Source: Candidatus Entotheonellaceae bacterium | GTDB taxonomy: Bacteria; Tectomicrobia; Entotheonellia; Entotheonellales; Entotheonellaceae | Direction: 5' to 3' | NCBI GenBank assembly: GCA_965238075.1 | Contig: OZ250173.1 | Location: 2,848,001 to 2,912,000, forward strand | Length of the DNA stretch: 64,000 nucleotides | Shown here: positions 41,807 to 52,235 of the stretch, in pieces | How the letters are laid out: the number at the start of each line of letters is the position of its first letter | Numbering within the stretch: the first letter of the stretch is position 1 | Notes under the pieces: model-generated | The model's input: only the letters and a program-made list of their open reading frames with translations | Database searches by the model: none | What the model was told of the DNA's origin: nothing | Made by a program: the position numbers and the translations under genes

Positions 41807-42562
41807 ATGGCGGAAGAGACTTTGTACGGTTTCCATGCCGTTATCGGAGCCCTGAAAAATGAGCAGCGGCATGTATCGAAAGTTGTGGTCGATGAACGCC
41901 GCCGCGGTGGCGCAGTGCATCAGATCCTGGCACTGACTGAACAGCGTGGCATCGCCCTTGAGCTCGCCAACCGGGCGCAATTGAACCACTTACTTGGGCA
42001 TACGAGACATCAAGGGGTTGCCGCCCTTGCCGAGTCGTTGGGGTATGATTCTTTCAGGCAGGTAAGTGAACGCGTCGAAGATATCGCAGGGCCTCAAACG
42101 CTTCTGGTGCTTGACGGCGTGACAGATGTCGGCAATTTCGCGTCTCTCATACGGTCGGCCGTTGCTTTTGGTGTGGCTACGATTGTAATACCGAGTAATC
42201 GCTCCGTTGCTTTGACATCCGCAGTCGCCAAGCGGTCGTCCGGCGCGATTGAACGGGTATCAATAGTCCGAGTGGTCAACATTGCAAATACGCTCGACGA
42301 ACTGAAACAGCGAGGCTTCTGGATTTATGGTGCCGGGATGACAGCAGAACTACGGGTCGCTCAGGTTCAGTGGCCGGAACGCCTTGCAATTGTTCTGGGC
42401 GCTGAGGGAAGCGGTATGCGCCGGCTCGTGCGTAAACGCTGTGATGCCTTGATACGCATACCGATGCACCCAGGCAGCAACTCGCTCAACGTCGCCGTAG
42501 CAGGCGCCATCGTTCTTGCTTATGCTTGGGAACAACGTTGCGCTGTCGGTTCGGTACCTTGA
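41807..42562 (+). CDS. rlmB: 23S rRNA Gm2251 methyltransferase (TrmH family)
   Basis: HQGVAA, LDGVTDVGN, GAEGSGMRRLV, SLNVAVA. Confidence 0.88.
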   Translation: MAEETLYGFHAVIGALKNEQRHVSKVVVDERRRGGAVHQILALTEQRGIALELANRAQLNHLLGHTRHQGVAALAESLGYDSFRQVSERVEDIAGPQTLLVLDGVTDVGNFASLIRSAVAFGVATIVIPSNRSVALTSAVAKRSSGAIERVSIVRVVNIANTLDELKQRGFWIYGAGMTAELRVAQVQWPERLAIVLGAEGSGMRRLVRKRCDALIRIPMHPGSNSLNVAVAGAIVLAYAWEQRCAVGSVP

Positions 42563-42685
42563 CGGCGCGGAGCTGACCAACGGGGATTCTTGGTGTTGCG
42601 AGGTTACCTGCCTCCGTCAGAAATTGGTTTGCGCGGCTCTTGTGTTAGGATTGACGCAATATCCGAAAGCTGCGCCATACCTCCA

Positions 42686-42714
42686 TTGACACAAGGGACC
42701 ATTTTGTTTATCTT
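42686..42714 (+). promoter_or_regulatory. Sigma-70 promoter of the tRNA-tuf operon
   Basis: TTGACA-N17-TATCTT, about 45 nt before tRNA-Thr. Confidence 0.7.
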
Positions 42715-42758
42715 ACCTCTTCGCTCTTTCCTGGCTGTCGCATGAGGATGCCCTCTCC

Positions 42759-42830
42759 GCCGATGTAGCTCAATGGCAGAGCAGCCGATTTGTAATCGGC
42801 AGGTTGGAGGTTCAACTCCTCTCATCGGCT
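42759..42830 (+). tRNA. tRNA-Thr (TGT)
   Basis: Acceptor gccgatg/catcggc; anticodon arm gccga-ttTGTaa-tcggc; TTCAA T-loop; CCA not encoded. Confidence 0.95.
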
Positions 42831-42882
42831 CCTGTTTGTACCCATCTTCACATATTGCATATTGTTCAACGCATGCGTTCTT

Positions 42883-42965
42883 GGGGAGGTTCCCGAGCGG
42901 TCAAAGGGGACAGACTGTAAATCTGTTGGCTGATGTCTTCGGAGGTTCGAATCCTCCCCTCCCCA
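42883..42965 (+). tRNA. tRNA-Tyr (GTA)
   Basis: ggggagg/cctcccc acceptor; acaga-ctGTAaa-tctgt; long variable arm; GTTCGAA. Confidence 0.95.
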
Positions 42966-42994
42966 TTGGATGATGTGGGTGTTGGCGACACGTT

Positions 42995-43068
42995 GCGGGA
43001 ATAGCTCAGTTGGCTAGAGCATCAGCCTTCCAAGCTGAGGGTCGCGGGTTCGAGTCCCGTTTCCCGCT
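42995..43068 (+). tRNA. tRNA-Gly (TCC)
   Basis: gcgggaa/ttcccgc acceptor; tcagc-ctTCCaa-gctga. Confidence 0.95.
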
Positions 43069-43098
43069 TTCTTATTGTGTGATGTCGTTTCGGTGAAC

Positions 43099-43171
<73 letters not shown>

Positions 43172-43253
43172 CCTTTTCGCAGCCACTGTAGATTATTTTC
43201 TGCATTGTAATTTCTGGAACACAGCATATTCGACACAGAGGGGGATTGAGTTA

Positions 43254-44447
43254 ATGTCGAAGGCGAAATTCAAGCGTAGCAAGCCGCACGTCAACGTCGG
43301 GACGATCGGTCACGTAGACCACGGCAAGACGACGCTCACGTCTGCCATAACGCAGGTACTGGCAGCGCAAGGCAAGGCGGACTATGTGCCCTTTGACCAG
43401 ATCGACAAGGCGCCCGAGGAAAAAGCCCGCGGCATCACCATTGCTACTGCACACGTGGAATACGAAAGCGAGAACCGCCACTACGCCCACGTCGATTGTC
43501 CGGGTCACGCCGACTACGTGAAGAACATGATCACGGGTGCAGCGCAGATGGACGGGGCGATCTTGGTGGTGAGTGCCGCCGATGGCGCGATGCCGCAGAC
43601 GCGCGAGCATATCCTGTTGGCGCGTCAGGTTGGGGTGCCCTACATCGTGGTGTTCATGAACAAAGTGGACATGGTGGACGATGAAGAGTTGCTGGACTTG
43701 GTGGAGTTGGAGTTGCGGGAGTTGCTTAGCAAGTACGAATTTCCTGGCGACGACATTCCGATTATCCGGGGCAGTGCACTGCAGGCCTTGGAGAGTGGCG
43801 ATCCGAGTGCTTCGGAGAGCGCTTGCGTCTTTGAGTTAATGGGTGCGATTGATGAATACGTGCCGACGCCGCAGCGCGCCATAGACCGGCCGTTTCTGAT
43901 GCCCGTGGAGGACGTATTCACGATATCGGGTCGAGGGACGGTGGCGACGGGTCGTATTGAGCGTGGCGTGGTGACGGTAGGCGACGATGTGGAGATCGTG
44001 GGGATGAAGGAGACGCACAAGACGGTGGCGACGGGCGTGGAGATGTTTCGGAAGATATTGGACCGTGGCGAGGCAGGTGATAACATAGGGGTATTGTTGC
44101 GCGGTGTGAAGCGCGATGAGATAGAGCGTGGTCAGGTATTGGCGAAGCCGGGTTCGATTACGCCACACACGCGTTTTCAGGCAGAGGTGTACGTGTTGTC
44201 GAAAGACGAGGGAGGTCGTCACACGCCGTTTTTCAATGGCTACCGGCCGCAGTTTTACTTTCGCACGACGGATGTGACGGGTGTGGTGACATTGCCCTCG
44301 GGTACGGAGATGGTGATGCCTGGGGACAACGTTGGCGTGGAGGTGGAGTTAATCACGCCGATTGCTTTGGAGAAAGAGTTGCGCTTTGCGATCCGTGAGG
44401 GCGGCCGGACGGTAGGGGCGGGCGTCGTTAGTGAAATACTGGCGTAG
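43254..44447 (+). CDS. tuf: Elongation factor Tu (copy 1)
   Basis: [35 protein letters not shown]. Confidence 0.99.
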   Translation: MSKAKFKRSKPHVNVGTIGHVDHGKTTLTSAITQVLAAQGKADYVPFDQIDKAPEEKARGITIATAHVEYESENRHYAHVDCPGHADYVKNMITGAAQMDGAILVVSAADGAMPQTREHILLARQVGVPYIVVFMNKVDMVDDEELLDLVELELRELLSKYEFPGDDIPIIRGSALQALESGDPSASESACVFELMGAIDEYVPTPQRAIDRPFLMPVEDVFTISGRGTVATGRIERGVVTVGDDVEIVGMKETHKTVATGVEMFRKILDRGEAGDNIGVLLRGVKRDEIERGQVLAKPGSITPHTRFQAEVYVLSKDEGGRHTPFFNGYRPQFYFRTTDVTGVVTLPSGTEMVMPGDNVGVEVELITPIALEKELRFAIREGGRTVGAGVVSEILA

Positions 44448-44528
44448 CTTTCTTCTAGCTTTGTGATCACGTTGGTGAGTAATCGCCTCTTGGTGTGGAT
44501 GTGCCTGGAGATAACGTAAGGAGTACCC

Positions 44529-44678
44529 GTGCGAGATTTGGCTACTTTGGCGTGTGTCGAATGCAGGCGCCGCAACTACACGACGACGAAAAATAAGCGA
44601 CGCACTCCTCAGAGATTCGAGTTCAAAAAATACTGCCGCTTTTGTCGTCAGCATCAGCTCCATAGGGAAACGAGGTAA
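44529..44678 (+). CDS. rpmG: 50S ribosomal protein L33 (Zn-binding type; not in ORF track)
   Basis: GTG start after aaggag; [49 protein letters not shown]. Confidence 0.95.
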   Translation: MRDLATLACVECRRRNYTTTKNKRRTPQRFEFKKYCRFCRQHQLHRETR

Positions 44679-44721
44679 GCTGAACGTCAAGTTGCGGGGA
44701 AATTGGGAATCTCAAAACTGT

Positions 44722-44794
44722 AGGCCAGTAGCTCGAACGGTAGAGCACCGGACTCCAAATCCGGGTGATGGGGGTTCGAATCCCTCCTGGCCTG
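44722..44794 (+). tRNA. tRNA-Trp (CCA)
   Basis: aggccag/ctggcct acceptor; ccgga-ctCCAaa-tccgg; canonical position before secE. Confidence 0.93.
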
Positions 44795-44922
44795 CTTGAA
44801 TTAAAGAAACAGTGTGTGGTTCCCTGTAGCAAACAAATCGCACAGGCGACCAAAGAAAACGCGTCCGCCCTTACTATTTTCGCTGGCTAAGATACCCTCG
44901 TGCTACACTAAAGGTTGCTGCT

Positions 44923-45144
44923 GTGTTTGAGGCCTACATTCAGCGGTACGTTCGAGATGTATATGGCAAAAGTTTCCAATTCTTTCGGGATGTGCGCTCT
45001 GAACTGAGAAAAGTCACATTCCCTAATCGAAAAGAGACAATCGCATCCACGTTGGTTGTTATTACGGTTGTTTTCATCATTGCCCTATACCTCGGCATAG
45101 TAGATTTCATCCTTTCAATGGCTTTAGGCAATCTTCTCAATTAG
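44923..45144 (+). CDS. secE: Preprotein translocase subunit SecE
   Basis: FFRDVRSELRKVTFP + TM helix; upstream of nusG. Start uncertain. Confidence 0.9.
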   Translation: MFEAYIQRYVRDVYGKSFQFFRDVRSELRKVTFPNRKETIASTLVVITVVFIIALYLGIVDFILSMALGNLLN

Positions 45145-45164
45145 TCCATGTAGGACGAGCCGCT

Positions 45165-45695
45165 ATGAGCAAGCACTGGTATGTTATCCATACATATTCC
45201 GGCCACGAGAATAAAGTTAAGGCTAGTCTTGAAGAACGTCTGAATTCGAGAGGATTGCTTGAACGAGTTGGACAGATTCTGGTGCCAGCAGAGGATGTTG
45301 TTGAAATCAAAGGCGGCAAACGCAAAATATCGTCACGGAAATTCTTTCCAGGATACGTGCTGATTGAGGCGGAGATAGATGACGAAGTTTGGTACGCAAT
45401 CAAAGATACCCCAAAGGTCACCGGATTTCTGGGGGGCGGAAAAGACCCAACGCCTTTGTCGGAGGAAGAAGTAGCTTACATTTGGAATCAGATCAGCAGC
45501 GAAACTTCAGAACCAAAGCCCAAAGTGATTTTTGGGTTGGGTGAGAATGTGCGCGTGACCGATGGGCCATTCACAAACTTTACCGGCGTGATCGGAGAGG
45601 TGCATCCTGAGCGTGGCAAGCTCAAAGTGATGGTCAGTATATTCGGACGTTCTACGCCGGTTGAGTTGGAATTCTTACAGGTGGAATCGATCTGA
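45165..45695 (+). CDS. nusG: Transcription factor NusG
   Basis: WYVIHTYSGHE, FFPGYVL, KOW domain, IFGRSTPVEL. Confidence 0.97.
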   Translation: MSKHWYVIHTYSGHENKVKASLEERLNSRGLLERVGQILVPAEDVVEIKGGKRKISSRKFFPGYVLIEAEIDDEVWYAIKDTPKVTGFLGGGKDPTPLSEEEVAYIWNQISSETSEPKPKVIFGLGENVRVTDGPFTNFTGVIGEVHPERGKLKVMVSIFGRSTPVELEFLQVESI

Positions 45696-45717
45696 GATAA
45701 ATACAGATTTTAACCAA

Positions 45718-45781
45718 TATGCTTGATGGCGCATGAACGTTGCCACGGTTATGCTTGATGGCGCATGAACGTTGCCACGGT
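45718..45781 (+). repeat. Exact 32-bp tandem duplication in the rplK leader
   Basis: tatgcttgatggcgcatgaacgttgccacggt x2 (45718-45749, 45750-45781). Confidence 0.92.
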
Positions 45782-45794
45782 AAGGAAATAGTAG

Positions 45795-46220
45795 ATGGCG
45801 AAACAGGTTGTAACGAAAATAAAACTGCAGGTGCCCGCTGGCCAAGCCAACCCTTCCCCTCCAGTGGGCCCCGCATTGGGTCAGCATGGTGTGAATATCA
45901 TGGAGTTTTGCAAGGCATTCAACGCCCACACTCAGGCCCAGGCCGGCATGATTACTCCGGTGGTTGTGACCGTGTACGCCGATCGTTCGTTTTCGTTCAT
46001 TACAAAGTCTCCTCCCGCCGCTGAATTGATAAAGCAGGCGGCCGGGCTTGCCAAGGGAGCGTCGACACCGAATCGGGAAAAGATTGGACAAGTGACAACA
46101 ATGCAGCTGCAGCAGATCGCTGAAACCAAGCAAGCTGACCTTAATGCGAATACTGTTGAGGCCGCAATACAGATTATCGCTGGGACAGCGCGCAGCATGG
46201 GCGTTGAGGTCGTCGATTGA
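45795..46220 (+). CDS. rplK: 50S ribosomal protein L11
   Basis: [23 protein letters not shown]...GTARSMG. Confidence 0.98.
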   Translation: MAKQVVTKIKLQVPAGQANPSPPVGPALGQHGVNIMEFCKAFNAHTQAQAGMITPVVVTVYADRSFSFITKSPPAAELIKQAAGLAKGASTPNREKIGQVTTMQLQQIAETKQADLNANTVEAAIQIIAGTARSMGVEVVD

Positions 46221-46243
46221 CATTTAATGAGGGGACACGTCGC

Positions 46244-46948
46244 ATGGCGCAGCGGAGCAAGAATCTCGATAATGCACGGAAGAAGCTTGACAAAACGCAA
46301 AAATATGAGTTGCGGGAAGCGTTGGGTTTGGTGCAGGACATGGCTTTCGCCAAGTTTGATGAAACCATCGAGATAGCGGTGCGACTTGGTGTGAACCCTC
46401 GCCATGCGGATCAGATGGTGCGGGGCGGGGTTGTGTTGCCTCATGGCGTTGGCAAGGTTCCACGCGTTGTGGTGTTTGCCAAAGGCGACAAGGAGCGAGA
46501 GGCGGTAGAGGCAGGCGGCGACTTCGTTGGCGGGGAAGACCTTGCCCAGAAAATAGCCGGTGGTTGGCTGGATTTTGATCGCACGGCAGCAACCCCTGAC
46601 ATGATGGCGGTTGTTGGCAAATTAGGCAAAATTTTGGGTCCGCGCGGACTGATGCCTAACCCAAGGACAGGTACGGTTGACCTCGACATCGGCCGCGTGG
46701 TTCGAGAGATCAAATCGGGCAAAGTGGAATTCCGTGTTGATCGTGCCGGTATTATTCACGTGGGCATTGGGAAGGTCAGTTTTTCTCTTGATTCCTTGGA
46801 GGAAAACGCCCGCACGCTTCTGGACACCCTGGTGCGGGTGAAACCGAACACCAGCAAGGGCAAATACATGCGCACCATTTCTTTGTCATCGACGATGGGT
46901 CCAGGCGTCAAGGTGGATGAGGTCGCTATGGGCAATGCGCTACGGTAG
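46244..46948 (+). CDS. rplA: 50S ribosomal protein L1
   Basis: [27 protein letters not shown]. Confidence 0.98.
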   Translation: MAQRSKNLDNARKKLDKTQKYELREALGLVQDMAFAKFDETIEIAVRLGVNPRHADQMVRGGVVLPHGVGKVPRVVVFAKGDKEREAVEAGGDFVGGEDLAQKIAGGWLDFDRTAATPDMMAVVGKLGKILGPRGLMPNPRTGTVDLDIGRVVREIKSGKVEFRVDRAGIIHVGIGKVSFSLDSLEENARTLLDTLVRVKPNTSKGKYMRTISLSSTMGPGVKVDEVAMGNALR

Positions 46949-46997
46949 GTTGCATGCAGTAGAAGGCGAACTAGCAAAGTGACGTGGAGAGGGTTGC

Positions 46998-47537
46998 GTG
47001 GCTGAGAAAACGATAAGCGAAACAAAGATAGAGAAAGTAAAGTTCTTGCAGGCCAAGCTTGCCGATGCCAAGGCAGCAATTTTATCCGATTACTGCGGAT
47101 TGAACGTTCAAGAGATGTCAGAGCTCCGCGGCATGTTGCGAAAGGCCGATGTCGAACTGTACGTCGTGAAGAATACTCTGGCACGGCGCGCAGTTGAATC
47201 CACGCATCTTAAGCCGCTGGCTGAGTATATTAAAGGCCCGACCGCTGTCGCCTTAACGATTGACGATGCTGTGGGCATGGCCAAGATCCTAACCGAATAC
47301 ACCAAGAAAGAGCCTAAACTAGACATTCGGGTTGGGATTATGGAAGGGCGAGTGCTGACAGCGGAACAGCTTACTCAGGTGGCGGAGTTGCCGCCGCGGG
47401 AAGTACTTTTAGCTCAAATGCTTGGTGCCATGCAGAATCCCCTATCCGGTTTTGTTGGGGTGCTGCACGGGGTGCTGCGACAATTGCTTTATGCCCTCGT
47501 TGCGATTAAGGACGCGAAAGGGCAGACGGGCGATTGA
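46998..47537 (+). CDS. rplJ: 50S ribosomal protein L10
   Basis: DYCGLNV...LR...VVKNTLARRA...GPTA...LPPREVL. Confidence 0.95.
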   Translation: MAEKTISETKIEKVKFLQAKLADAKAAILSDYCGLNVQEMSELRGMLRKADVELYVVKNTLARRAVESTHLKPLAEYIKGPTAVALTIDDAVGMAKILTEYTKKEPKLDIRVGIMEGRVLTAEQLTQVAELPPREVLLAQMLGAMQNPLSGFVGVLHGVLRQLLYALVAIKDAKGQTGD

Positions 47538-47582
47538 GGCGGCTTTATATAGTGACTTTGGAATGTGATCACGGAGGAAAAG

Positions 47583-47963
47583 ATGGCTGTCACGAAAGAA
47601 GAAGTGCTTGATTACATAGACAACATGACCGTTCTTGAGATGTCGGAATTAGTGAAGGAGTTGGAAGAGAAATTTGGGGTGTCAGCGGCGGCCCCAATGT
47701 TTGCCATGCCCGCTGCGGGTGGCGCGGCGGTCGAAGAGGCCGCGGCCGAGAAGACCGAATTCGACGTCGTCCTTATCGGTATTGGGGACAAGAAAATCCA
47801 AGTCATCAAGGAGGTTCGGTCAATCACCGGTCTCGGTTTGAAGGAGGCTAAGGCTTTGGTGGATGAAGCCCCCAAACCCGTTAAGGAAGGGATTACGAAA
47901 GAAGAAGCCGAAACCGTCAAATCACAGTTGGAAGAAGTGGGTGCGCAAGTTGAGGTGAAGTGA
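47583..47963 (+). CDS. rplL: 50S ribosomal protein L7/L12
   Basis: [34 protein letters not shown]. Confidence 0.98.
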   Translation: MAVTKEEVLDYIDNMTVLEMSELVKELEEKFGVSAAAPMFAMPAAGGAAVEEAAAEKTEFDVVLIGIGDKKIQVIKEVRSITGLGLKEAKALVDEAPKPVKEGITKEEAETVKSQLEEVGAQVEVK

Positions 47964-48036
47964 GATTTCGCAGGCTGAGGGCTTTGATTGAGAAGTTCTA
48001 CGGATTTGTTTCATTTTCACCTGTGAGGGGAGACCT

Positions 48037-51000
48037 GTGACCGTACGAGATAAATCGAAGGCTAACGGAAATAGCCGTCGGGAGCGACGGGATTTCGCAC
48101 GCATTCCCACGATTATCGATCTTCCCAACCTCATAGAGGTGCAGCAGAAATCCTACTCGCGCTTTCTGCAGCAGGAGCGCCCTCCCATGGATCGAGAAGA
48201 TCGTGGTTTGGAAGCGGTCTTCAGAAGCGTATTTCCCATTGAGGACTTCAACGGCACCTCCACACTGGAATACGTGGGTTATGAAATTGGGATGTGGGAG
48301 TCTAAGGAGGGCGAATACAAAGGGCTTGGTGGCAGTGGCGTGGTGAGTCAGAGCACCCGTCAGCCCCTCTCCTATCATTCCAAGTACGATTTAGGGGAAT
48401 GTCGGCAGAAGGGCATAACCTATGCAGACCCCTTACGTGTTTTGGTGCGTTTGGTGGTGCGTGAAAAAGGCAACAGTAGCGAACCCGCGGTCATTCGTGA
48501 TGTGAAGGAGCAGAAAGTATATCTCGGGGAAGTGCCGCTGATGACGGAACATGGCACTTTCGTCATCAATGGCACGGAGCGTGTCATTGTGAGCCAATTG
48601 CATCGTTCGCCCGGTGTGTTTTTTGCGCAGGAAAAGGGGCGCAGCAGTGGCAGCGGCAAACCGCTATACGTGGCGCGGATCATTCCCTACCGCGGTTCGT
48701 GGCTTGACTTTGAGTTTGATCTCAAAGATCACTTGTACGTTCGTATCGATCGACGTCGGAAACTGCCTGTTACTATTCTTCTGCGAGCCCTAGGCCTGTC
48801 TTCAAGAGAAATTCTCCAAACTTTCTATCAGCATGAATCCGTACGTTACGACCCTGGGCGCGATGTTTTCTACAAAGAGGTGTCGGAGTTGACACTGCAG
48901 CAGCAGAGTCCAGAGGACGTGTTGGATCCGAATTCCGGTGAAGTAATCATTCGTGCCGGGCGGCGTATTTCACGTAGCGCCTTACGCCGATTGCAAAATA
49001 GTGAGGTTGAGGAGATTCCGACCATTGAAGAATGGCTCGTAAATCGGGTCGCGGCAGAAGACATCATCGATCCAGTCACGGGCGAAGTTTTGTATGAACT
49101 GAATCACGAGCTGACCTCGGACGATTTGGCGCAATTGAAGGCGAAGGGCGTCACGGATTTCCGGCTACTTTTTCTGGAGCCGTTGTCCGCTGATGTCTCG
49201 CTCCGTCTCACGCTTATGGCAGACCGCCTTGAGACGAAAGAGGAGGCGCTACTAGAAATTTATAAACGCTTGCGACCTGGTGACATCCCAACGAAGGACA
49301 CCGCGCGCCTATTTTTTAACAACCTCTTCTTTAACGCCAAACGTTACGACCTCTCGAGAATAGGCCGTTTGAAGCTAAATACGAAGCTAGGTCTTGATTT
49401 GTCGCTTGAGACGCGCATGTTGACGCAGCAAGATGTGATTGAGGTGGTTAGATACCTCCTGGCGTTGCGCCAAGGTAGCGGTACGGTTGACGATATCGAT
49501 CATTTAGGTAATCGTCGCGTGCGTTCCGTCGGTGAATTGCTTGAAAACCAGTTGCGGATAGGTCTAGTACGAATGGAACGCGCCGTTCGTGAACGGATGA
49601 GTATCCAGGATCTTGAGACAGCGATGCCGCATGACCTGATCAACTCAAAGCCAGTGACGGCGGCAGTAAAGGAGTTTTTTGGTAGTAGCCAGTTGTCTCA
49701 ATTCATGGATCAGACCAACCCGTTGTCAGAAATTACCCACAAGCGTCGCTTGTCGGCTTTGGGGCCGGGAGGCCTGACGAGAGACCGAGCAGGTTTTGAA
49801 GTTCGAGATGTCCACCCAACACATTACGGACGCATTTGTCCCATTGAAACTCCCGAGGGGCCCAATATCGGACTGATCGCCTCACTCAGCACGTATGCAC
49901 GGGTGAATCGTTTCGGTTTCATCGAGACACCGTACCGTAAGGTGGAACAAGGCCGTGTGACGGATGAAATTAAATACTTATCGGCCATTGAGGAGGATCA
50001 GTACGTAATCGCTCAGGCGAATGCAGAAGTAACGGAAAAGGGAGAATTTGTTCAAGATCTGATATCGGCGCGCAGAGGGGGCGAGTTCGTTCTAACTCCA
50101 CCGAGCAAAATCAATTTTATGGATGTGTCGCCGAAACAGCTCGTCAGCGTCGCGGCTTCTTTGATCCCCTTTCTGGAAAACGACGATGCGAACCGGGCCT
50201 TGATGGGCTCTAACATGCAACGTCAGGCCGTCCCCCTTTTGCAGACCGAGTCTCCAATTGTTGGGACGGGAATGGAAACAATTGCCGCGCGTGATTCGGG
50301 TGCTGTCGTTTTGGCGAAGGCGGCGGGCGAGGTGGTCAACGTTGATGCGACGCGCATCGTCGTACGGGTGGATGAGGATGATGAAGGAGGAAATACCCGA
50401 GTCGACATCTACTCCCTGGTGAAATACCAACGGTCCAACCAAAGCACCTGTATCAACCAACGCCCCATTGTGGATTTAGGACAACGCGTCAGCAAGGGCG
50501 AAGTGCTGGCCGATGGCCCGTCAACTGAATTCGGTGAATTGGCGCTTGGCCGCAACGTGCTGGTAGCCTTCATGCCTTGGGGCGGGTACAACTTCGAAGA
50601 TGCGATTGTCATCAGCGAACGCGTTGTCAAAGAAGACGTTTTTACTTCGATACATATTGAAGAGTTTGACGTTGAAGCGTGTGACACCAAGCAGGGCAAA
50701 GAGGAGATCACCCGAGACATCCCAAACGTAGGCGAGGAGGCGCTGGCGAATCTCGATGAGAGCGGCATCGTTCGGATTGGCGCCACCGTTACGCCCGGAG
50801 ACATATTGGTTGGAAAGATTACTCCGAAGGGTGAGACGCAACTGAGTCCTGAGGAGAAACTTCTTAAGGCCATCTTCGGCGAGAAGGCTGGAGATGTGCG
50901 GGATACGTCGCTGACCGTGCCCCCAGGCGTGGAGGGCACGATAGTTGGGGTGCGAGTGTTTTCACGCCGTGGGGCCGACAAAGACGAACGCATGCAATTT

Positions 51001-52131
51001 ATTGAAGATGAAGACGTGGTCCGTATCGAAAAGGATATTTACGACGAAATCAAAATCGTCGCGGAAGAGCGGGACAAGAAAATTCGCCGTCTCCTTTTAG
51101 GCAAGACGGCCATCATCGCTGATGTGTCTAATGGCAAGGCAAATCGGCGGGCCTCCAAAGGTACGAAACTCACGGAGAAGGCGTTGGCCAAATTGTCCGG
51201 CAAAGCGCTTTTGGACGTCCGAGTCAAGGAGTCAGATCTTGTTCATGAACGGATGCTTGAGGTAACTGAAGCGGCGGAGCGGCAACTTGATGATCTGAAG
51301 AGGACGGCAGAAGAAAAAATCGTCAAACTCCGCCGGGGTGATGAATTGCCGCCGGGCGTTATCAAGATGGTCAAGGTCTACGTCGCCATGAAGCGCAAGT
51401 TAAGCGTCGGGGACAAGATGGCCGGTCGGCACGGAAACAAGGGTGTGGTGTCAATTATTGTGCCCGAAGAAGATATGCCTTACATGGCCGATGGCACCCC
51501 GATTGATCTCATTCTGAATCCCCTTGGCGTGCCGTCGCGCATGAATGTTGGGCAAATTCTTGAAACCCATTTGGGATGGGCCGTACAGAAATTGGATGTG
51601 GCAGTGTCAACGCCGGTATTCGACGGAGCAACGGAAAAGAACATCAAAGACGCGTTGGTACAGGCTGATTTACCGGAAAACGGCCGTGTAGAATTGTTTG
51701 ACGGGAAGTCTGGCGTTCCATTCGATCAGAAAGTTGTCGTCGGTCAGATTTATATGATGAAGCTTCATCACCTCGTTGACGATAAAATTCATGCCCGCTC
51801 GACCGGACCATACTCCCTGGTAACGCAACAACCATTAGGTGGCAAGGCGCAGTTCGGCGGACAGCGTTTGGGTGAAATGGAAGTATGGGCGCTCGAAGCT
51901 TATGGCGCTGCCCGTACCTTGCAGGAGATGCTTACTGTCAAGTCGGATGACGTTGCCGGGCGTACACGAATGTATGAAGCTATTGTTAAGGGTGAAAATA
52001 CCCTAGAAGCAAGTTTGCCCGAATCGTTTAATGTTCTTGTGAAGGAATTGCAGAGTTTGGCTCTTGATGTCGAGTTACTTGAGGCTAGCGAGGTACCGCA
52101 GGACGACCAGTGGGAAGAAATGTCTGAGTAA
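48037..52131 (+). CDS. rpoB: RNA polymerase beta subunit
   Basis: [47 protein letters not shown]. Confidence 0.99.
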   Translation: MTVRDKSKANGNSRRERRDFARIPTIIDLPNLIEVQQKSYSRFLQQERPPMDREDRGLEAVFRSVFPIEDFNGTSTLEYVGYEIGMWESKEGEYKGLGGSGVVSQSTRQPLSYHSKYDLGECRQKGITYADPLRVLVRLVVREKGNSSEPAVIRDVKEQKVYLGEVPLMTEHGTFVINGTERVIVSQLHRSPGVFFAQEKGRSSGSGKPLYVARIIPYRGSWLDFEFDLKDHLYVRIDRRRKLPVTILLRALGLSSREILQTFYQHESVRYDPGRDVFYKEVSELTLQQQSPEDVLDPNSGEVIIRAGRRISRSALRRLQNSEVEEIPTIEEWLVNRVAAEDIIDPVTGEVLYELNHELTSDDLAQLKAKGVTDFRLLFLEPLSADVSLRLTLMADRLETKEEALLEIYKRLRPGDIPTKDTARLFFNNLFFNAKRYDLSRIGRLKLNTKLGLDLSLETRMLTQQDVIEVVRYLLALRQGSGTVDDIDHLGNRRVRSVGELLENQLRIGLVRMERAVRERMSIQDLETAMPHDLINSKPVTAAVKEFFGSSQLSQFMDQTNPLSEITHKRRLSALGPGGLTRDRAGFEVRDVHPTHYGRICPIETPEGPNIGLIASLSTYARVNRFGFIETPYRKVEQGRVTDEIKYLSAIEEDQYVIAQANAEVTEKGEFVQDLISARRGGEFVLTPPSKINFMDVSPKQLVSVAASLIPFLENDDANRALMGSNMQRQAVPLLQTESPIVGTGMETIAARDSGAVVLAKAAGEVVNVDATRIVVRVDEDDEGGNTRVDIYSLVKYQRSNQSTCINQRPIVDLGQRVSKGEVLADGPSTEFGELALGRNVLVAFMPWGGYNFEDAIVISERVVKEDVFTSIHIEEFDVEACDTKQGKEEITRDIPNVGEEALANLDESGIVRIGATVTPGDILVGKITPKGETQLSPEEKLLKAIFGEKAGDVRDTSLTVPPGVEGTIVGVRVFSRRGADKDERMQFIEDEDVVRIEKDIYDEIKIVAEERDKKIRRLLLGKTAIIADVSNGKANRRASKGTKLTEKALAKLSGKALLDVRVKESDLVHERMLEVTEAAERQLDDLKRTAEEKIVKLRRGDELPPGVIKMVKVYVAMKRKLSVGDKMAGRHGNKGVVSIIVPEEDMPYMADGTPIDLILNPLGVPSRMNVGQILETHLGWAVQKLDVAVSTPVFDGATEKNIKDALVQADLPENGRVELFDGKSGVPFDQKVVVGQIYMMKLHHLVDDKIHARSTGPYSLVTQQPLGGKAQFGGQRLGEMEVWALEAYGAARTLQEMLTVKSDDVAGRTRMYEAIVKGENTLEASLPESFNVLVKELQSLALDVELLEASEVPQDDQWEEMSE

Positions 52132-52235
52132 CCGCTTCACCATCACGTGCCAATCTGCCTCAATTTGTTGAGACGTTACGTCGTCCAGTTGCTGTATGGA
52201 CGCAAATTCTGACACCTGCTGAAGGAGGCCCGCCT

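Noticed and set aside
45718-45781. CRISPR array
   Set aside because: Only two directly adjacent copies with no spacer, and no cas genes.
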